DNA of 64,000 bases, taken from Vicugna vicugna (Eukaryota). The position numbers and the translations under genes are program-made. The first letter of the stretch is position 1. Each line of letters begins with the position of its first letter. Shown here piece by piece: positions 13,262 through 27,168 of this stretch. The DNA lies in NCBI GenBank assembly GCA_013265495.1, contig MU057416.1, positions 242,545-306,544 of the forward strand, in the 5' to 3' direction. A model generated the notes under the pieces. The model made no database searches. It worked only from the letters and a program-made list of their open reading frames with translations, and was not told the origin of the DNA.

Positions 13262-13785
13262 TGACTTGGCGATCAGCATGGCTCCTCCTTGCATGCACTG
13301 CACAGCCCTCTGCCTTGGTAACTTAGCCCACATAATCTTGCCACTGATGGATGCAGAGATGACATATTTAGGGCCAGAAGAAAGACTCCTGGTCATCAAA
13401 CTAGTCAATATTTTCCAAATAATGCTTTGTTGTATTATTACTAGTTACAAAGTTGTCTCACGGAACCAATTTGGCTGATTTGTGTGCTTGTACTCTCAGT
13501 ACAACATTATGATTCAACACATTTTAAAGCAGCAGAGCAGTTAATGCTAAATTTGCTCTCACTCATGGGATTTATTCTCAGAGTAGTCCATCATTCATTT
13601 TTTTGAAGAGTGGTGTTGTTTTTTCATAATTCCTAATAGCATAGTGTCAGTTACCATATGCAACTTGTTCATGGGTATAAAGGGAAACAGGTTCAAGGAT
13701 GTCTCGTTTGCTCCAAATGAGAAGTGGCAGGGGGAACTGGTTTTTTTGAATTGGCTGTGACCCGAAGGATCTTCGTGTCTTTCAG

Positions 13786-13876
13786 AGCATTCCACGGGTA
13801 TTCAGCAAGTTTTCTATCAAGGATGCTCGGAAACCCTTTAACCAGAATAAAAACCGCTATGTTGACATCCTTCCTT
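13786..13876 (+). CDS. PTPRC: PTPRC exon ~19, D1 pTyr-recognition (KNRY) loop
   Basis: tttcag|AGC...CCTT|gtaagt; 91 nt; [30 protein letters not shown]. Confidence 0.97.
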
Positions 13877-13966
13877 GTAAGTGCTCGTTGAGAACTGAAT
13901 TTCCACATGTCGAGGCTGCTTCATTAGTCATGATTCCACTTACTTGTATTTCTTTTCTTGGAACAG

Positions 13967-14043
13967 ATGATTATAACCGCGTTGAACTCTCTGACGTAAA
14001 CGGAGATGCAGGGTCAAACTATATAAATGCCAGCTACATCGAT
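13967..14043 (+). CDS. PTPRC: PTPRC exon ~20, D1
   Basis: gaacag|AT...GAT|gtgagt; 77 nt; [25 protein letters not shown]. Confidence 0.97.
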
Positions 14044-14833
14044 GTGAGTGGAAGTGCACACCCGCCAGATCCCGCCCCATCTCGGTCACTGTGTCGTCCA
14101 TCACTTTCGTTTTTCTCGTGTCCATGCACTCCATCTGGTCCCTTCTCTGTCATGGCGGAGTTTTAGAAGTGCTGTTAGAAATAATGTGAAGCAAGCGCAC
14201 AGGTGTCATTGGTACAAACAACACGATCACTGATACTTGCAAAAATAGTTCCTATTTGCTACTGGCACTAGGTAGTGTAGGGTTTTTCTCTCCAGACAAA
14301 GTGACACAAAGAGTTAAACTACTCTGGTGCCTGTTATGTGCTGGGTATTAGACCAAATGATCCACGTGAGTAGTTTTCATAAGAGCCCCACCTCTGACCC
14401 TCGCCGTGGAGTCGGGGACTGGGCAGCTCTGGTTAATTCATTGCTTTGCCGTGTTCAGTTAGTAAAGATCTGATGACATTGTGCCGCATGGCTAACTTAT
14501 GCAAAATACATAAATGTGTAACTTGTTATACAATTGTTAAGTGATGCATCACACAAATTTTAAAAAATGTAAACAGTGTAGAAACACAGAGAGCTTGAAA
14601 AAGATCTTCATCCCACGCAATCCACCATTTACCCGGGGCCTCCACCCACCTGGAAAGGTGACATCTGTGTAGTTTCTCATTCATCCTGGGGGAGTTTCTA
14701 CATAAACAAGAAAACTCCAACATTTGTTCATCCTTTCTTTACCCAAAGGTGTTAACATAATACCCACACTGCTCTGTACAATGCTTCATTTGCCTAAAAC
14801 ATGTGCTGGATAAATGAAATATCACTAAAAAGA

Positions 14834-15042
14834 CAGGAAAGGCGAGCTTTTCCTGTAAGGGGCCACTTGGCAAATATTTTGGGTTTTGCAGCACATGCCA
14901 TTTCTGTCACAACTACTCAGCTCTCAAGCCGAGCAACTACTTCCACAGACAAGGCAGAATGTGGCTGTGTTCCAAAAAGACCTGTGTCTACAAAATCAGG
15001 CCTTGCTGAATTCGGCCCACAGGCTGGCATTTGCTGGCTCTG
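14834..15042 (-). mobile_element. MER58-like hAT DNA transposon, apparently inserted in an old antisense L1 (~14530-15430)
   Basis: cttttcctgtaaggggcca..aaatattttgggttttgcag..acaactactcagctct..gtggctgtgttccaa..ggcccacaggc matches MER58A in reverse (from memory). Confidence 0.75.
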
Positions 15043-15617
15043 GACATAGAGCATTTCTACATCTTTCTTTTATATTTTTGGAGTAATTCTGGGCATGGCT
15101 GCGCTGTGGCGTATTCCATCAGTTCTGATAGTAATGGGCATTAAATATGTTTCCTCATCTACTGTTGCCAACAGTGGTTTAGTGACTAATCTTGACTCAT
15201 GTTATCCCGCAGTGAGTTTCAGTGTATCTGTAGGGTGACCTTCCGAAGGAAGAATTCCCAAGCTAAAAAGAATATGCATTTGTAATTTAAAACACGTTTC
15301 CAAGCGGTCCTCCAGTGGGGTTGTACCGATTTATGTTCCACCCGCAAATCATGAGTGTTTATTTCCACTCAGACCACCAGAAAAGTGACTGTCAAATTTT
15401 TTTTTGACAGTCAGAGAGTTGACAGTGCATTGGTCATGCTACCATATATGCTGGCTTATGAGGTCATTCTTAAATTTTTCGTAAAGTAAAATAACAGAAA
15501 AGCAAAAAAAACAATTGAGGTTGGGGTTTTGTTTGCTTGTTTGGATCTATTTGAATATACAAACTTTCAGTAGAGAAGATGAAATGGTCAAATTCTATTT
15601 ATTTATTTATTTACATG

Positions 15618-16064
15618 GTCTATTAATTTCCTAGAGTGGCCATAACAAAGCACCACACACTGAATGGCTTAACACAACAAAAATGTGTTATCTCACAGTT
15701 CTGGAAGATAGAAGTCAGACATCGGGTGTTAGCAGGGCCACACTCTCTCCGGAAGGTCTGGAGAAAAAAATCCTTTGCATCTTCCTGGCTTCTAGTGGTC
15801 CCTGGCAATCCCTGGCGTTCCCTGGAGTGTAGCTGTGTCACCCTGTCTGTTCCTCCATCAACACGTCAACACATGGCCGTCTTCCCTGCGTGTCTCTATG
15901 TCACTGTGTCTCCTTTCTCTTACAAAGACACCGGTCGTTAAATTTAAGGCCCAGCCTCACCCAGTATGACCTCATCTTCCACAGAGACCCTAATTCCAAC
16001 TAAGGTGACATTTTGAGATTCGGAGTGGACATGAGTTTGGGGCAACATTATTCACTCTACTACA
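15618..16064 (-). mobile_element. MLT1 (ERVL-MaLR) solo LTR
   Basis: tattaatttcctag..ataacaaagcaccacacactgaatggcttaa..ctcacagttctgga..gacctcatctt..ctactaca is typical of a reverse-oriented MLT1. Confidence 0.85.
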
Positions 16065-16402
16065 CACAGTTTATGTAAAGTAATTAGAAGGATTTAAAGG
16101 ATCTAGGATGCCTAGGTTACGCTTCTAACTTGCTGCACCAGCCCAGATGAGGAGAACGCCCATCTGGTTTTAAAGATTGTTCAAGGCATATAACAAAGAC
16201 ACATGAAGGTTATGAATACTGTTTGTAAACGCTAACTAACACGTTTGGCACAGTCAAATACCTGATCATGAGTTTAAAAAAATCCACCTCACAACTGGGA
16301 ACTGCGGAGGGAAATACCCAACCGAGAAATGGTGGATCTAAAGCAGCTGCTTCTGTCTCACAGTTTGACGTGTGAACGAGGAACTGAGGGCTCCGTAAAT
16401 GA

Positions 16403-16681
<279 letters not shown>

Positions 16682-16987
16682 TGAGCGAAGGCCTAGGGCC
16701 TCGAGGTGGAGGCTGGGGTTAGGAGAAGACAGTGCTGAGCTGCGTTTTGAAAAGTCCTATGTGTATGTGCTTGATGACAAAACAAAGTTCTCTATTTTAA
16801 TCAGTAAGACATTTTATTTAAATTTTTCAAACATGTAGAAAAATAAAATATGTATATATATATACACATATATACAAGTAAAATGTAGCTGTTTCTGCTT
16901 AGCTGGATTTACGAGTGATTCCTTTTTTGTTGCAGTGTTATTATAATTATAAAATGTTATCATTACAGTATTAAGTTCAGTACATTT

Positions 16988-17130
16988 TTTTTTTACTTTA
17001 TTACTTAAAAAAAACTTTTTTGTGGGGGGGTGGTTAGGTTTATTTATTTAATGGAGGTACTGGGGATTGAACCCAGGACCTTGTGCGTGTTAAGCACACA
17101 CTTCACCCCTGAGCTATACCCTCCTTTCCT
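16988..17130 (-). mobile_element. tRNA-derived SINE, Vic-1-like
   Basis: ttaggtttatttatttaatggaggtactggggattgaacccaggacc..gagctataccc; TSD agttcagt(a/g)cattt at 16974-16987 and 17131-17144. Confidence 0.9.
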
Positions 17131-17533
17131 AGTTCAGTGCATTTCTGTGTGCTGATTTCACAAGCACCTGTGAATCCTGACTTGGGCAGATAGATGGTAG
17201 TTCGTGTAATGTGACTTAAGGAGGCACGAGAGCCTCCCATCCCTCCGCCTGAAATGACCCACGTGCCACCACATCATTTCTGCGGACCACTGAGCAAGTC
17301 CTTGTTTAGTCTGCAGCTAAGCTGGGAGGATCACCCTTCTGCTGGGTAATGTGAAGGAAACCCTTCAGGGCAGTTAGTGGGAAATGGAGCACATTTTCAG
17401 CACCACAATTTAGAGGAGAATATACAAATGTTTTGAGAATTTCAAATAATGCATGTTTGCTTTGTTTTGTTTTACAAAGAATGCTTAATAGAGAAAATCA
17501 CTTAACTGAATGATGATTTTTTTTTAAATATAG

Positions 17534-17659
17534 AACAAGTGTGCAGAGTACTGGCCGTCGATGGAAGAGGGCACCCGGGCTTTTGGAGATGTGGTGGTGG
17601 AGATCAATGAGCACAAAAGATGCCCAGATTACATCATTCAGAAGTTGACTGTTACACAT
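17534..17659 (+). CDS. PTPRC: PTPRC exon ~23, D1
   Basis: atatag|AAC...CAT|gtgagt; 126 nt; [42 protein letters not shown]. Confidence 0.97.
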
Positions 17660-19115
17660 GTGAGTTTGCTCTGTGACATGACTTCGATTTTCACATGTTG
17701 GTCTAAAAATGTAATTACAGAATATGAGATGTGAGACATTAACATACGTCTGGGAAATTCTTTGTAATGAAATACAGGAGGAAGAACTGGGTTAGAGCAA
17801 CAGCACAAGCCAACAGGGTCAAGTTAGGTCACTAGTGAAAGCAGTGTTCACATGGCGTCACATCAGAAGGAGCTGATGACGCTGTGAGCCTTGGAGTGTA
17901 AAGAAAAGAGGTCCTTAAATGAGTTGAATAAATGAATAAATTACTGAATGACCGACAAAAAGGGTGTCTAGCCTCAGTGGGTTTATAGAAAGACTATTCA
18001 TACAAATGGCAGACAGACTACTGAAAAAGTAAACAGTTCTATCTCTGTAGGGCAGAAAAAGTGTTGAATGTTCAGCTCAGGAGCCTGTCAGTGAGGCCTT
18101 CAGTGGTAGTGAGAACGGAGGCCTTCACGTGGATCAGGTGGTGCTGTTCCTGCGGGGAGTTCAGGACGAGCAAGCGGTCGGAGAAGGGAAGTTGAGCCGA
18201 GGCCGCTCGGGCCTGGGGGCGAGGCGAGGCGGGGCGAGTGCGGCGGCCCGTCAGCGTAGGTTTCTTCGCAGGGTCGCGGAGATGCCCTGTGATTAGCTGG
18301 CGGTGATGACCTCACAACTCTGTCAATATAGTAACATATATAATAAAATATAAAAAACCTTCTGTACTTTAAGGGAACGAATTTAAGGCATGTGAAAAAT
18401 ATCTTAATAAAGGTGTCGAAATGGCGGTCATTATAGATAAGGTTGAAATTTTCTCTGAATTCCATTTATAGAAGGTTATTTTCAGTAATCTAAATTGCAT
18501 TTCCATATGGTCCAGATACGCCTTCTGCAAGGAGAAACACCAAGCACATGCTTCTCCCCAGGCCTCCTGAGACTCCGGTGGCATCACCAGTGACGGTGCC
18601 CTCCGAGGGCTGTGACTGTCCCAGCAGGGGCCCGTGACTGAATGCACGGAGCCCCACGCCGGGAAGGCCTCCCGTGCCAGGTCTGAGCGCTGTGCTGAGG
18701 CCCGTGCCAGTCTGGTTGCCCTGACTCGCCTGACGTTACTGCTCTGATTAACTCAGTTGTTTCCTGTCTGGACAACTGCAACCACCCAAGTTCTGTTGTT
18801 CCTTCTGATGTTTCAGTGTAGGTGGTTCTTCCTGATTCCTGGCCAGAGAACTATGCGTGATGCCCCTGCTAGTGGTTACTTTGAAACTAGGGCAAATTCG
18901 AGCCGTTATTTGGGGCTGCCTGTCCTCAGTTCTCTCTCTCCAGCCTAAGTGGACATTCCTAATAGGAGAATATAACACTCATCAAATGATTAATCAGACT
19001 TTCTTCACAAGACAGTAGTCCTGTTTGCCTACCAAGCAGAAGTATTTCAAACAACCGTGCGAATGGCTTTTAGTTTATATCTTTTAACACCCCCTCCTCC
19101 CACCAACCCCCAGTT

Positions 19116-19118
<3 letters not shown>

Positions 19119-19146
<28 letters not shown>
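19119..19146. repeat. (GT)14 microsatellite
   Basis: Read directly. Confidence 0.92.
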
Positions 19147-19149
<3 letters not shown>

Positions 19150-19388
19150 AAGCGCATGCGAATGTTTTGGTTTGGTGGCATGAAAGCCCCTGGCAGTTCC
19201 GGCTGCCCTTGCCACACCTCGCTTCCCTCCCTGGTAAGTGACTGCTCACTGGTCAGCGCCTGCTGGTCCTGCGTGATGGCTCAGTTCCTAGTTATTTGCG
19301 GGAAAGGAAAATGTGATCATGGACGAAAAGAAGTTGCATGAGGAGTGTTCTGTACTGGCCCTCCCTTCCGCCTACTTTTGCCCCATAG

Positions 19389-19598
<210 letters not shown>

Positions 19599-19806
19599 TA
19601 AAGGGAGGCCTGCTCCCGCGGCGCCGGGCTGTGCGGATGCGCGCCCCGGGGGCGGGGAGGGCCGCTGCCCCACTTCTGCAACTGCGACCCTGAGAAGCAG
19701 TCTCGGAGGAGAAACCTGCACTGTTTTCTCTGCGTCACCGCGGTTGGCTTTTCCTTTCCTTTTCCGGCCACACTCACGCCGTCAACCTTCACCTTTGCTT
19801 TGTCAG

Positions 19807-19942
19807 TGCTGGTGTGGGGCGCACAGGCACCTACATCGGGATTGACGCCATGCTGGAAGGCCTGGAGGCAGAGAACAAGGTGGACGTCTATGGCTACGTG
19901 GTGAAGCTAAGGCGCCAGAGGTGCCTGATGGTTCAGGTGGAG
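19807..19942 (+). CDS. PTPRC: PTPRC exon ~25, D1 P-loop and start of Q loop
   Basis: tgtcag|T...GAG|gtatgt; 136 nt; (S)[45 protein letters not shown]. Confidence 0.97.
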
Positions 19943-20274
19943 GTATGTGCTCGCCCGCGGTCGCTAGCCTCACCTTTGCCTTCTGACGTAAATCTTTTCG
20001 TGGTGGCAGAAGTGATCTTAAAGGAAATCCAGATTCTTCTCAACCTGTCATTAAAAATAGTTTCAATTTCCTGAAAACTAATAAATCATTTGGTAAGCAC
20101 CAATCCCATTACAAGCATTTTGCACTAGTGGCCACAAGAATTGTGGAAGAAAGATGACTGTAAAGTATACTTTAAAAAATAATGAAATATTATTTACACA
20201 TATCAGACTGGGAGAAAGCGATACCAAAACCCGATTTGGCGGCATCTCATAAAATTGAAGCTAGTGGGACAGGA

Positions 20275-20510
20275 GACTAGAGTACAGTGGCTAAGAGCCT
20301 GGATTGGGGAGCTAGAGCTAGATGTTTCAAACTGTACTTTTTATTCTTAATACTCAGCACCCATGTACCAGTTTTTAATGTTCCTGTGCCTCAGTTAAGT
20401 CATCTGTAAAATGGAGATAATGATAGTATTTACCTAACAGAGTTATGACACAAAAGGTAATCGAAGTAAAGCACTTAGAGAGGCCCCTGGAATGTGCACA
20501 TGGTCAGTAA
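20275..20510 (+). mobile_element. MIR SINE
   Basis: MIR core: ctgtgcctcagtt..catctgtaaaatggagataatgatagta..gtaaagcacttaga. Confidence 0.8.
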
Positions 20511-20534
20511 GGGGTGGTTTTTATCGAAAATGCC

Positions 20535-21110
20535 TGCACTTGACCCAGCAATTCCACACGTGGGCTCATACCCAAGAGAAGCATCAGCAAACACACACAA
20601 CCAGCAACACGCAGGCATGTTCATGGCAATCAGCACTGTTAGGACAACAGCAAATGGAAAGCCTTAAATATGTGTCAGTTTAGGAACGGCAAACAGAAGG
20701 TGGACATGTGGACTCTGCACAACGCACGCTGTGCTACAGGGGACAGGGAGATCGTGTGGGTGGGTGCTCAGATGAAAACAGTAAGTGTACGTGGCCACAG
20801 AGCGAAATGTATGCAACACAATGTGTGTGACTGTTAAAGACACAGACACGTACGATGCTTACAGACACAAAGATACTGGTGTAGAAGCATGAGAGCAGGC
20901 TGCCCACCAGAAATGATTTCCCATGGAAAAATAAAATAGAGGGGAAGGATGCGGCCAAACCCGGGGGACCAGAGGTGGTAGTTAAAGGGGCTGGGAAGTC
21001 ATCAGAAATACGTCAGTTATTTGAAAATAGTGGATTCAAATACGATAAGAGGTTAGGAGTTGTTAAATCTGGGCTTGGCGTATTGTGATTTTTAGAGTAA
21101 CTTTCTCTAT
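20535..21110 (+). mobile_element. Ancient L1 3' region (decayed)
   Basis: tgacccagcaattccacac..tacccaagagaa..atgttcatggca.. are L1 ORF2-end words. Confidence 0.6.
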
Positions 21111-21551
21111 TCGAAAGTTTCCAGAAAACTCTTTGAAAAAATGTTCTGTGGAGCAGCAACTTGCTTTTCTTCCTCTCAGATATAGCACGCAGTTTATTAT
21201 AGCTTTACATGTTAGTGATTTAACTTCCTGACCCAATGCTAGTCACAGAGGGAAGTGACACGGCGTCTAACTGTTCGCGGTAAGACGTAAGCAGCGTGCT
21301 GCCCGGCAGATGCCTGGCCATCTACCGAGCAATTTTTTTCCTGGAAAAATAGTCTGAGATGGAACTTGCGCATATCCCAGAAAACTGTGACAGCCAACTT
21401 CCATAGTATTTAAATGTCACAGACACCAGTTTTCTTTTCCACCCATTGTCATAATATGAGCAAAATTATGGGAATGTGTAGTTTATTTAAATGTGAGTCA
21501 TAGGATGGTAAGTTACCAATTAATCATCTGTATTCTTCCCTGAAACTGCAG

Positions 21552-21701
21552 GCACAGTACATCTTGATCCATCAGGCGCTGGTGGAATACAATCAGTTTG
21601 GGGAAACGGAAGTGAACTTGTCTGAGCTGCACTCGTATTTGTGTAACATGAAGAAAAGAGATCCGCCCAGCGAGCCGTCTCCGCTGGAGGCTGAATTCCA
21701 G
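21552..21701 (+). CDS. PTPRC: PTPRC exon ~26, end of D1 and linker
   Basis: ctgcag|GCA...CAG|gtagtg; 150 nt; [50 protein letters not shown]. Confidence 0.97.
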
Positions 21702-23611
21702 GTAGTGACAGTGATAAAACACCATTAATGACAACTTGCACCTCTATTTTCCAGTGCCGGTGACATAGGTCCCAGATGGGAACCTCACCGTAATGCAGAG
21801 CACAGATGAGGAAACTGAGGCACAGAGAGTTGAAGAGAAAATGCCCGAAAGCACACAGCAATTATGATTTGTTTCAACCTCGAAATCCGACTTTACAGGC
21901 AGCATTTTAATCGTCCCTCATCAAGCTGGTGTAGAACAAAGTGTCGGAATAATAGTATGTGGCCACAGAGCTGGCCTGCCAAAGGCAAGGTAGCATCTCA
22001 CCTTTAAAAACTACATCTGGTTCTGGTTTGTAAAGGAAATAATTAGAGGGGTTTATGGCCGCTTGGGAGGGTGAGCTGGCTGGAGCCGGTAGACAGAAAG
22101 TAAAGGATAAATACACGTGTCCTAACCTGTTTGTGAGGCAGTTGCTCTGAGAAACAACCTAGGATGCAGTTCGCTATGATTTTAGAGAGTTGGCGTGGCT
22201 CTCTCCAAACTGCTCCATTGTCAAAAAAACATTTTGTAGCTTTCCTCTTTCCCCTACGGTTTTCAGTTCATTGAACCTTTCTCTAAACTACAAAGCTGGT
22301 CAATTCAGAGAGTTTCACAAGACCAGGAATGTGCTTTTAATCAGATGCAGAATCGCTTAATGTTCGGAATCAGAGTGGGGCGGGTGGGGGGTGTGGAGGT
22401 GGGCACGAGATAACCACCAGGTGACACCACCCACCAGAAGACTGAGCTGGGGGGCAAGAGCTGGCCGGCCACCAGCGTGGTCTTCCCTAGGGGGCTGTCT
22501 GATTGTCCTCACTCTTTAAGCTGGTAATTCAATCCCGTTTAATACATTAACCCTATACGCATACACTGTTTGAAACATTTATACCTTTAATTTAAACGTT
22601 CATATGTAAAATGACTCAAGGAAAGGGTAAATTCTTTCACTGAGCAAATATGATTGAGTCTGTGCTCTGGGCTGTGTATAATCCTATACACAAGAGCCCA
22701 AGTGATTTGGAGGTGGGCGTGGGGAGTAAGTGTCATGCAGAACACAGGGAGTGACCACAACTCTGAAAGAAACAGGGAAATGAGTCCATCTGAGCAGAAA
22801 GGGAGGCAGGAAGTGAGCTGGAGATGCAGTCTGATCGGCAGATTAGCGACGGAAGTTGAGGCGGCTCGTGTCTGGTCGCCTGGCCTGGCCTTGCTGTGGC
22901 GCCAGGTCACAGGTAGAGAGCTCAGTGGCGCAGAAGCGAGTAGGGAAAACAGGAGCTTGTGCTTGAGAGAGACGCATGCGAAGTCGTCACGGCAAAGTGG
23001 GAAAGCCATCTCCCAGCAATGGCGGTAGGGCTGCCACACATGACGGTGGGATCATTTGAAATTTATGGTCATGAATTTACGGAGAGTCATTAGTTTGTTT
23101 TGTTTCGTTTTGTGTTTCTGATCCCTGCAATGACACTGGAGTATAGTTGGGTCAAAGCCATCTAGGATTTTTTTTAAAGTGACCAATTGAAAGTTGGGAA
23201 GCAAAGGAACTGAGGGTGTTTGCAAGTGAGTGACATAGTGTGGACACAGAAGGACACGGGGCATGTAGAGGAAGCAGCAAAGACGATGTACCAAGGGCTG
23301 CGATAGGACTGCAGGGGGCTGGATTGGAGGCACTAGGATAGGAAGGGTAGGGATGGCAGAAATCATAGGTTTTAAGGTGATGCAATGTTTGGAATGAAAC
23401 TTACGAAGGTAGAGTGGAGAATGTGGATGACTGGGGAGTGGAGGGAGTTTATAGGGGGTGAAAGAGCTAAGAAATGAAGACACTGGAGTGTTGATTCAAA
23501 ACAAGGTGTCATATTTTAAAACTATGTACACAGTACATACACACACACATATATGTACACAAATATGCGTGTGTAATCTTACCAAACTGTGCAGGACGAC
23601 TCCCTCTACTT

Positions 23612-24240
23612 GGGTTATTCATCCACTTGACAAATATTTATTGAAGCTATTTATTGGGAAGAGAAGGCTGCAGGCAGGAGATCTTCCAGAAGAAACTGAC
23701 CTTTAAACTGATATCTAAAGGGTGAGGAAGTCAGCAGAGTGACAAGAGGGGCCACGGTGGTCCAGGCAGAAAACACCTGTGTGAGTTTGCCGAGAATCAA
23801 AGGACAGCTTGGCTCCTTCCAAGGATTGAGGAAGTTGATTCGGCTGCAGTGCAGAGGGGCCCAGCAGGAGGTGAGGCTGGAGAGGCAGTCAAGGGCATGA
23901 CCTGAAAGGCTTTCTGTGTTGCACAGATGTTGGAATCTTCCCAAGGAAGCTGCCAGAAGCCTGAGAAGGGCAGTCTCTGTTTTGTGCGTTAGAAGGATCA
24001 GAGCAAGTGAGACTGAAGATCAAGAGGCCACTTAATGATGTTTCCAAGGAAGGAATCAGAGTGGACTAGACTACGTAGGGAGAGAGGAGAGTAGGAAGAC
24101 TGGAGAGCTTCACCAAGGAACATGGCAGGTCTGGCCGACTGATTAGCTCCTGGAAGAGCAGCCGGGAAGGCTTCACGAGATGACGTGCTGATTATTCCAA
24201 GCATGAGCCTAGACGTCTGCAAATGCTTTGCCTGGAGAAC
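23612..24240 (-). mobile_element. LINE-2 fragments
   Basis: ttcatccacttgacaaatatttattga (reversed L2 tail) followed by purine-rich L2-like body. Confidence 0.55.
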
Positions 24241-24580
24241 TTACTTGGGGCTATTTAAAATAGTTCACCATTGCTCCTGCAATGCGGATAATAGTCACCA
24301 TCTGTCCAGTGCTTTCCACTTACACGAGAACAAACCATACTATTCGGCTGTCTGGCACCTATTAGCCAGGGAGCTTATTCTGTTATATAATTGCATATTT
24401 TTAGTTCAAACCAACCGCATCAAAGTACTAAATACCTGAGCAATTAAAAGGAAAAATTTCGAGGCAAGCGTAAAACTTGTGATCTTGGAGAAGGTATGCA
24501 AATTTCACAAAACTTGATGAAGTTATTTTTTGGGTGTCTGATGCTACAATAATAAACAAAGCCAATACTTCTGTTTTTAA

Positions 24581-24715
<135 letters not shown>

Positions 24716-25966
24716 TGATTTTGTTTTGTGTACCAGATAAAGTTAAGCTCACTTTTGGATTTGTTTAATGTGAGACACACACACACAGATGATCTTGAAG
24801 CAAGTTTTTGACATTTGTTTGACAGTAGAGGACAGTTGTAGGCTGCTTAAATTTCAGTTGTAGCAAATACTTTGGACTCTAAACATTTACAACAGACTTT
24901 GGGAAAGTGGTTCTGTTCAGCGTTTTTCTTCTACCAATTCGCTCAGAACTGGGTTGTCAGAAAGATGTCACTTCCGAAGCCGGGAGAAAGAAAAGGCCAA
25001 GTCCTCTTACCAGCTCTCTCTCATCTTCAGTTTATTTCAGTTATTTACTCCAGAGTCACTGCCGAATAGCAAACCTGCACGTTTTTGTTCCCTTGCTCTT
25101 TCCTCTTTATCCCTTCCTGATATCAGGGAGGCTAAAAGTAGGTGGAAAGTGTACTGTAAACTGTCAGTCATCAAATTTAACAAGTCAAACCATGTATCAT
25201 TCTCAAGACTTGAATTCCACTTTATGAGCATGTTGCTAGGACCACATCTGGCACAAGCAGAATTTTATTCAGTGGCATTTACTAAGATTAGCATGGAGGA
25301 AACGTAACCCAGGCCAATAAACCAGACAACCAAATAAATCGGATCATGCATGGTTGACCTACTTGATTTCTGAAGATGTCCTTATGAATATAGCTTAGAC
25401 TATAGCAATGGTGGTGCTATAGCTAATCAGGTCATTCGGCCAGGCCATCATAAATGAAAGAAACTGAGAAATAGTGAGAAATAATGATGGAATCATTTTC
25501 TTGATTAAGTAATAATTTATCTGAGATACCCATTTAATTAAGATTGTTAATCTAATGTTAATAGGATAGCATTGAAAAATTAGGTTTTTACCTAAGGCAT
25601 GTATTTTCTTAACTTATATATCTATTTTTAAACTTATATCTGGCAGAATGATGAAATTCCATGGAAAATAAAGTATATGCATTGAAGATTGAATAGTCAT
25701 ATGAAACTTTATGACTCCTATTTGCTTAACATAGAGTGATGTTCTATGTTTTTTTTCCTGGAACTCTCTTGGGACCTCCTTTTTATTAGACTTTTGAAAA
25801 GTAATTTGCTAATCAATAAAAATTGAAGAGGATCTCATTCCATGTAGATCAATATATTTACAGAATGCAATCTATTGCTTCTAAATTACTTTCTGATTTC
25901 CATTTGACAATCAAGCAGAGATCTGGTCTTTTAAAGGAAGACTGACTCCTAATTTGCTTTGCGTAG

Positions 25967-26100
25967 ATGACTTTAACAGAGTGCCACTTAGACACGAGCT
26001 GGAAATGAGCAAAGAGAGTGAGCACGATTCAGATGCGTCTTCGGACGATGACAGTGACTTGGAGGAAACAAGCAAATACATCAATGCGTCTTTTGTTATG
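25967..26100 (+). CDS. PTPRC: PTPRC exon ~28, D2 acidic insert
   Basis: gcgtag|AT...ATG|gtaggt; 134 nt; [44 protein letters not shown]. Confidence 0.97.
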
Positions 26101-27033
26101 GTAGGTCCGCACATTTCCAAAATCCGAGATCTAACACTTTAAACAATATGCCTGTGTTATCATGGCCCTGCATTAAATGATTTTTATCAAAGAATGGTGA
26201 GCTTGACCACAGCTAGGTATTGATGGACACAAAAGTTTCAATTTTCATATTGTATTTTAACTTACTGAAGCTAAAGCTTAGATGTTAAAGCTTAATGAGT
26301 TGATATGAAATAAAACAATGCTATTGCTTACAATTTATGACAAATACGACTATAATATAATTTAGAAAATATTAAATTTGAGCAGAAACTAATGTTTGAA
26401 AATGCTTATATTTACCCAGATAACCCAAACTGTAAGTAAATCCAAATTTGTATATTTGTAGAGTTAAGCATTTTTCATTCAGGTTATCTGAATTATGAGG
26501 TGGGTCTGTTATATACCTTTTCTTAAAATGCACTGAGAATTCAAACAAGGAATTTCAGTTATTCGGTAAATACTTTTTGCACATAGACTCAGCTGGATTT
26601 CTTTCTTTCCCCAATTTTCCTAAAACACACATTCATAGAATACGAGTTTAATGATGTGCTCTCATGAGAATATATAGACACAAATTAGAGACACGAAGAT
26701 AATTTGAAATGCTCTTGCTATTTTTTTTTTACAATCACATTAACCTTTTTTAGAGAAAAAATGGTACTTGGGAAGGAAAATTTTGTTCATCTTCTAAACT
26801 AATATCTTCCAACGCTGATTCCACATTCTTAACCCAGTATTGTAATTAGCTAACAAAGCACCTCACATATAGATGTCACATTATCGCGTGGACCTAAGAA
26901 TCTTAATATTTTTATGTAACAGCATTGATATCAAATTAAGTGACTACATTTCCAGATGGTTATTTTAATGCTGCACTGTTCTCTCGTCAGCAGGAGTAAC
27001 CAAGTCTCACCTATTTTATTTCACTTTTCTAAG

Positions 27034-27168
27034 AGTTACTGGAAACCGGAAGTGATGATTGCTACTCAGGGACCACTGAAGGAGACCGTTGGTGACTTCT
27101 GGCAGGTGGTAGTCCAAAGGAAAGTCAAGGTGATTGTTATGCTGACCGAGCTAAGGAGTGGAGACCAG
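27034..27168 (+). CDS. PTPRC: PTPRC exon ~29, D2
   Basis: ttctaag|AGT...CAG|gttggt; 135 nt; [45 protein letters not shown]. Confidence 0.96.

Noticed and set aside
26005..26075. Substitutions in the D2 acidic insert ([14 protein letters not shown])
   Set aside because: The S-x-x-SS-DDD-S serine pattern associated with CK2 phosphorylation is retained; no clear functional change
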